A stretch of 64,000 nucleotides of DNA, from contig CAJAJL010000059.1 in NCBI GenBank assembly GCA_903940125.1, forward strand, positions 58,935 through 122,934. Direction: 5' to 3'. This DNA is from an uncultured Chlorobiaceae bacterium. GTDB taxonomy: Bacteria; Bacteroidota; Chlorobiia; Chlorobiales; Chlorobiaceae. The notes under the pieces are model-generated. The model ran no database searches, was not told the origin of the DNA, and saw nothing but the letters and a program-made list of their open reading frames with translations. The translations under genes were made by a program, and so were the position numbers. Below, piece by piece: positions 59,559 through 64,000 of this stretch (position 1 is the first letter of the stretch; each line of letters starts with the position of its first letter).

Positions 59559-60212
59559 ATGTTCTCAAATTTTTTGATAAACTACAGATCGATTAACCCG
59601 AACCCTGGATTTCCTTCAAACCCGGCAGAAATAGTCCACATGAGTGAAACACAAATAAATGACCTGGAACAGTTGCTTGCATGGACCAATATTCCCGTGC
59701 CGGAGGTACTGCACCAACTTCCGTCACACCAGCAACAACAGGTTGCCTCATGGGCCTGCACTCTGGTAAGCCATAAAACTGAAGGTTTTGAAGATCTCTA
59801 CAGCGCTATCAGCATGATTGTCAAGTATATCCCGCATTTCATGGTGATTCCGCTGATGGTTGAGTATATCCGTCCGCAAATTGCCGCAGGGGTTTGCCGG
59901 AAAATGGGTGTTGATCAGGCAACAGGGTACGCCAATGACCTCCCGCTTATTTACTTCAGCGAAGTTTCAAAGCATATTGACGCAGGGATGATGGCTCAGA
60001 TTCTTGAGAAAATGAAAAAACATCATGTCGAAAAGTTCATCCATCACGAACTTCAGCACCATCAGTCACGCATGCTTGAAATCGCTCAGCATCTTAATCG
60101 TCACCTCCTTGAAATTGTAGCCAGGCATGTGACTCTTCCGGAATATGGAACCGACCTTGCAGAAAATCCCTATAAAGAGGTTATCGACAAAATCCGTGCA
60201 CTGCAAAAGTAG
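59559..60212 (+). CDS. Hypothetical helical protein
   Basis: ORF with core-genome-like codon usage; real start probably MSETQ at 59640. Confidence 0.65.
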   Translation: MFSNFLINYRSINPNPGFPSNPAEIVHMSETQINDLEQLLAWTNIPVPEVLHQLPSHQQQQVASWACTLVSHKTEGFEDLYSAISMIVKYIPHFMVIPLMVEYIRPQIAAGVCRKMGVDQATGYANDLPLIYFSEVSKHIDAGMMAQILEKMKKHHVEKFIHHELQHHQSRMLEIAQHLNRHLLEIVARHVTLPEYGTDLAENPYKEVIDKIRALQK

Positions 60213-60244
60213 CACGCACTCGTTACCCCTTTAAATACCTTGCT

Positions 60245-60835
60245 ATGCGAACAGAGATCATGCACTATCTTCAGCATCTCTCTTATTTCGGCATTTTTCT
60301 TCTGCTGGCACTTCTGGATGTCTTGATTCCTCTTCCGGAAGAGATCATTCTTATCCTGGTCGGGTATACCGTCTATTTTGGTACTCTTGATCCCTTTTTG
60401 ACTATCCTTGTCGCCATTGCGGCTTTTCTGGCTGGCGACAATACCACGTTCTGGCTCAGCAGGGGCGGCAATCGTTTGATTGCAAGATGGACAACCAAAA
60501 GCGCCACCCCTTTGATTGAGCGGTACTCTCAAAAAATGCGTTCTAAAGCAGGCATTACCCTGCTTATCATGACTTTTGTTCCAAGCATCCGTTTTTTTGC
60601 CCCGATTGTTGCCGGATCAGTCCGCACGCCCTGGAGAGTATTCATTTTTTATGACCTCGTGGCTGTTGGACTTTATGTATCCGTCTATCTGCTTGCAGGA
60701 TATTTTTTTCACAGTCAGATAAACGGAATCATCAAGGAATTTGAAATGCTCGGACACCTGATGATTTATGTGCTTCTGCTCGCTATAGGGATAGCACTGG
60801 GAATCTTCATGAAAAAACAAGAACAACAGAAGTAA
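60245..60835 (+). CDS. DedA-family membrane protein
   Basis: PLPEEIILI..G, GDN.TFWL.R.GG, FVPSIRFFAP..AG. Confidence 0.88.
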   Translation: MRTEIMHYLQHLSYFGIFLLLALLDVLIPLPEEIILILVGYTVYFGTLDPFLTILVAIAAFLAGDNTTFWLSRGGNRLIARWTTKSATPLIERYSQKMRSKAGITLLIMTFVPSIRFFAPIVAGSVRTPWRVFIFYDLVAVGLYVSVYLLAGYFFHSQINGIIKEFEMLGHLMIYVLLLAIGIALGIFMKKQEQQK

Positions 60836-60857
60836 AACAAAGAGCACTCTTTTCCCC

Positions 60858-61283
60858 TCACGACATCTGCACAAGTTCAGTTGACCAGGTTATGACACAT
60901 CCCGATGCTCTGATCATGGCAGCAACACTGCAATAGGTTTCCATTGAAAGTCGGACGGCTTTTTCCAAATCGGCAAGTGTACAGTCAGGACTTGTAAGAC
61001 GGTATTTGATCTGCATTGCGGTAAAAACTTTCGGGTGTTCTTCAGCCCTCTGGGCGTCAAGGTCAGCCTCAAGGGTAATCAGCACTTTTCTCATTTTTTT
61101 GAGGATGCTGATGATATCCATCATGGAGCAGGCGCCAACGGATTCAAGTACAGTATCCATAGGTGAGGCAGCCGAACCACCCGGACCTAAAAGATCCGAA
61201 GATGCATCAAAAAGGGTTTTCAGACCATCGGCGTTTGTGCCGTAAAGCGGCAATTTTTCGTGAAAGGTTACTGTTGTATGCAT
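60858..61283 (-). CDS. OsmC/YhfA-family protein
   Basis: SPMDTVL..VGACSMMD, HPKVFT, YCSVAAM. Confidence 0.88.
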   Translation of the reverse strand: MHTTVTFHEKLPLYGTNADGLKTLFDASSDLLGPGGSAASPMDTVLESVGACSMMDIISILKKMRKVLITLEADLDAQRAEEHPKVFTAMQIKYRLTSPDCTLADLEKAVRLSMETYCSVAAMIRASGCVITWSTELVQMS

Positions 61284-61504
61284 GAAAAATGAAATAGGGA
61301 TTTGTAAAAGTCCTGGTATGGAATCAGCATCTGTAATTATGCCTGATCATGCAACTTATAAACTACAGTACCGGTTACTTGAACAACATGAATAATGAAG
61401 TCAAAAGAGTACATTACTGCATAATGCAGAATTTTTTCTGTCTGACCGCAATTTTGTACCTGTAACGATTAAGCGATCAGCGAAACAACATTCAATGCAG
61501 CGTT

Positions 61505-61954
61505 ATGAATGACCTTTTGCATAAACCACGAAAAGTATACGTTTCAAGAAAAATAGAGTTCAATGCCGCTCATCGTCTTTTCAATCCACACTGGTCAGAC
61601 AATGAAAATGTTGGAATTTACGGAAAGTGCAGCAATAAATATGGACATGGTCATAATTATCTGGTAGATATTACCATCTCCGGTATTGTTGACCGTGATA
61701 CAGGATTTCTGTTTGACCTTAAGGAGCTTAAATCTATTCTTGAAGAGGAGATCATCAACAGATTCGACCACAAGCATTTGAACCATGACATACCTGAACT
61801 GCAGGATTGCGTGCCCACCACGGAAGTACTTGCAGTACTGATATGGGATATACTTGAACAACGACTGCGTAACATCAATCAACGGGAGCTTGCTCTCCAT
61901 GAAGTCAAAATATATGAAACAGGAAAAAATGCCGTCCGCTATCTCGGCGAGTAA
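61505..61954 (+). CDS. 6-pyruvoyl-tetrahydropterin synthase family, CxxxxxHGH (PTPS-II-like) type
   Basis: [37 protein letters not shown]. Confidence 0.85.
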   Translation: MNDLLHKPRKVYVSRKIEFNAAHRLFNPHWSDNENVGIYGKCSNKYGHGHNYLVDITISGIVDRDTGFLFDLKELKSILEEEIINRFDHKHLNHDIPELQDCVPTTEVLAVLIWDILEQRLRNINQRELALHEVKIYETGKNAVRYLGE

Positions 61955-62585
61955 AGCTTTGCTTTCAGGCCGGGGAAGCTGCTGCGATGATGACGATTGC
62001 CTTATAGATTTACCGGAAAATGACCCCCTGATTATCGGCGGCCTTTCGGATGCAGTTTCGGCCATGCTGGAAGGTATCGGTGAAGACATCGGGCGCGAAG
62101 GCCTGCTTAAAACACCGGACCGTGTGGCCAAGTCGCTTCGTTTTCTTACAAAAGGTTACCGGCAGAATCCTGAAGAACTTCTGAAGAATGCTCTCTTTAC
62201 AGAAAGCTATGACGAGATGGTCCTTGTGAAGGATATTGATATTTTTTCCATGTGCGAACATCACATGCTTCCCTTTTTTGGCAAAGCGCACGTTGCCTAT
62301 ATTCCAGATGGGAAAATTGTCGGACTTTCAAAACTTGCAAGGGTAGTAGAGGTGTTTGCTCGACGACTTCAGGTGCAGGAACGGCTTACGCAGCAAATCA
62401 GGGATGCCATACAGAATGTGCTGAAACCTAAAGGTGTCGGGGTTGTGATTGAGGCCAGACATATGTGCATGGTGATGCGTGGAGTTGAAAAGCTTAACTC
62501 CGTAACGACAACTTCAGCGATGGCGGGACAATTCATCAGCTCGCAATCGACAAGAAACGAATTTCTACGACTGATTAAGCAGTGA
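61914..62585 (+). CDS. folE: GTP cyclohydrolase I
   Basis: [44 protein letters not shown]; start taken as ATG 61914. Confidence 0.96.
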   Translation: MKQEKMPSAISASKALLSGRGSCCDDDDCLIDLPENDPLIIGGLSDAVSAMLEGIGEDIGREGLLKTPDRVAKSLRFLTKGYRQNPEELLKNALFTESYDEMVLVKDIDIFSMCEHHMLPFFGKAHVAYIPDGKIVGLSKLARVVEVFARRLQVQERLTQQIRDAIQNVLKPKGVGVVIEARHMCMVMRGVEKLNSVTTTSAMAGQFISSQSTRNEFLRLIKQ

Positions 62586-62608
62586 GGTTTAAATCAGTGG
62601 GCAATAGA

Positions 62609-62645
62609 TCCCTCCCTTCGGTCGAGATGACACTGAGGGAGGGGA
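62609..62645. terminator. Hairpin between the convergent folE and hydrogenase protease genes
   Basis: ccctccct...agggaggg inverted repeat. Confidence 0.5.
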
Positions 62646-62654
62646 GATTTACAG

Positions 62655-63131
62655 TTAACCCACTTGCAACCATCCATTGATAATTGCTCTCGCCTGTTCT
62701 ACTGCTTCGGGAAGAAGAAGGGTGAGTTCGGGGCTTAATCCGATATTGAGTTCGAGATCTTTTGGAGGCGCTCCTATCATGACAATTTCCTCAGGCATTT
62801 TGCCATGGAGCTTGGCTATGCCGAGCATTTCGCTGAATCCCATCTGGTGAGATGACATTTTGCGATGGATAAAGTCGGGAAGTTCATCGTTGCGATAAAC
62901 ATAGACCCGGCGGTCATAGTCGAGTGGAATCAGTGCGTCAAAAACAATGACGGCATCAGCCGATTCGATGAAGTCGAGCAGGTAGATTCCCTGGGTTCCG
63001 CCGTCTATACAGTGGACGGATTCGGGAAAATTTGACGATTCCTGCAGACTGTTTAGCGCTGCCACACCGAATCCCTCGTCGCCGTAGAGTATGTTGCCCA
63101 GACCGATAATATTGATTCGATTATACTTCAC
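62655..63131 (-). CDS. Hydrogenase maturation protease (HupD/HyaD family)
   Basis: GLGNILYGDEGFG, DGGTQG, SSHQMG; start taken as GTG 63131. Confidence 0.9.
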   Translation of the reverse strand: MKYNRINIIGLGNILYGDEGFGVAALNSLQESSNFPESVHCIDGGTQGIYLLDFIESADAVIVFDALIPLDYDRRVYVYRNDELPDFIHRKMSSHQMGFSEMLGIAKLHGKMPEEIVMIGAPPKDLELNIGLSPELTLLLPEAVEQARAIINGWLQVG

Positions 63132-63240
63132 AGAACAGAATATGTAGATTGTATCGAAAGGAAAAAGCCCATTGCTGGAGTGCTTAACCACAGCAACAGG
63201 CCTTGTTTTCCGTGAACGAAAGAGAAAAGCACTGCACTCA

Positions 63241-63924
63241 TCAAACGGGCTCTTCCTCGACCTTGTGTTTATATCCGGTCACTATCGAAGAGGTAACACT
63301 GGTACGATCGACCACATCGTGACGGAAGACTGCGTACAGATGCATGATAAGGTAGATCGGGAAAATCCATGCCATAAGATGATGGGCCCAATGAAGAGTG
63401 TAACTGCTACCAAAGAGCGGTATCATCCACCCGAACCAGACTGAATTGAACCCGCCAGGATTGTTTTCGCCGTACATGGCCAGCCCGGAAAAAATCATGA
63501 AGCTTGACCCGCAGAATATGAACAGAAAGTGAGCAAGGGCTGCAACAGGATTATGCCCGACATAGTTCGGCTCGTCTGTACGCAAAAAAAGATAGGACTC
63601 GACCTGTTCGAGGAACGGCTTGCCCCACCACGAAGGTGACCATGGTCTGAAACCGCCGAATCGTCCGTATTTATCTCCACCAAACAGCGCCCAGTACAAA
63701 CGGAAAAGGAAGTTGGCGACAAAAATAAACGCGGTGGCAAAATGCAGATACCGCCACCAGGACATCCCTTTGTAAAAGACCGCTTCTCCAAGCGGCGGAC
63801 TGAACAAGGGAGCGGCAATATACAGACCGGTTACAAGGAGTACGACCGTGCACAAGGCGTTAATCCAATGGTAAAGCCTGACAGGTAGCCTCCATACATA
63901 GATTTCTTCAATTAATCTCCCCAT
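63241..63924 (-). CDS. hupC: Ni/Fe-hydrogenase b-type cytochrome subunit
   Basis: YVWRLPVRLYHW, YLHF, GHNPVA, HHL.AW...HLY haem ligands. Confidence 0.93.
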   Translation of the reverse strand: MGRLIEEIYVWRLPVRLYHWINALCTVVLLVTGLYIAAPLFSPPLGEAVFYKGMSWWRYLHFATAFIFVANFLFRLYWALFGGDKYGRFGGFRPWSPSWWGKPFLEQVESYLFLRTDEPNYVGHNPVAALAHFLFIFCGSSFMIFSGLAMYGENNPGGFNSVWFGWMIPLFGSSYTLHWAHHLMAWIFPIYLIMHLYAVFRHDVVDRTSVTSSIVTGYKHKVEEEPV

Positions 63925-63936
63925 AACTGACTCCTG

Positions 63937-64000
63937 TTAAACGATTTTAACCGATGTGATCTCGTTACCGTTCATGTCGAACAGATGAGAAGCACAGGCA
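63937..64000 (-). CDS. hupL: C-terminus of the NiFe-hydrogenase large subunit (partial)
   Basis: Manual translation ...ACASHLFDMNGNEITSVKIV*: the CxxH end of the L2 motif plus a cleavable tail. Confidence 0.85.
   Translation of the reverse strand, partial: ACASHLFDMNGNEITSVKIV

Overview
Window from a green sulfur bacterium (Chlorobiaceae): bchX/bchC/bchF, hemA/C/D/B, hisN, aroC and a NiFe uptake-hydrogenase cluster make up an ordinary core region from about 41 kb to the end. The first ~41 kb is a layered accessory region. (i) 1-7.9 kb is an AT-rich defence island: two C5-cytosine methyltransferases, an AspBHI/MspJI-like methyl-dependent endonuclease, a MORC-like GHKL ATPase fused to a histidine kinase, a receiver-domain protein and Vsr. 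(ii) 8-19 kb carries umuDC, a membrane-anchored HelD-like helicase, an HU/IHF protein, a secreted nuclease and small hypotheticals. (iii) 19.4-26.9 kb is almost non-coding and repeat-dense. It holds a ~140-bp hairpin-containing array with higher-order structure, split by an intact IS21 (7-bp target duplication), and a separate 11-copy 42-bp tandem array. (iv) 27.4-38.1 kb is a phage-satellite-like or defective prophage element (terS-like gene, Gp157, exonuclease, replication protein, RusA, ERF, xis, repressor, two tandem paralogous integrases, phased GGAACA repeats) with no structural genes. (v) A filamentous-haemagglutinin-like gene is truncated at the element boundary. All family assignments were made by eye from motifs; no database search was run.
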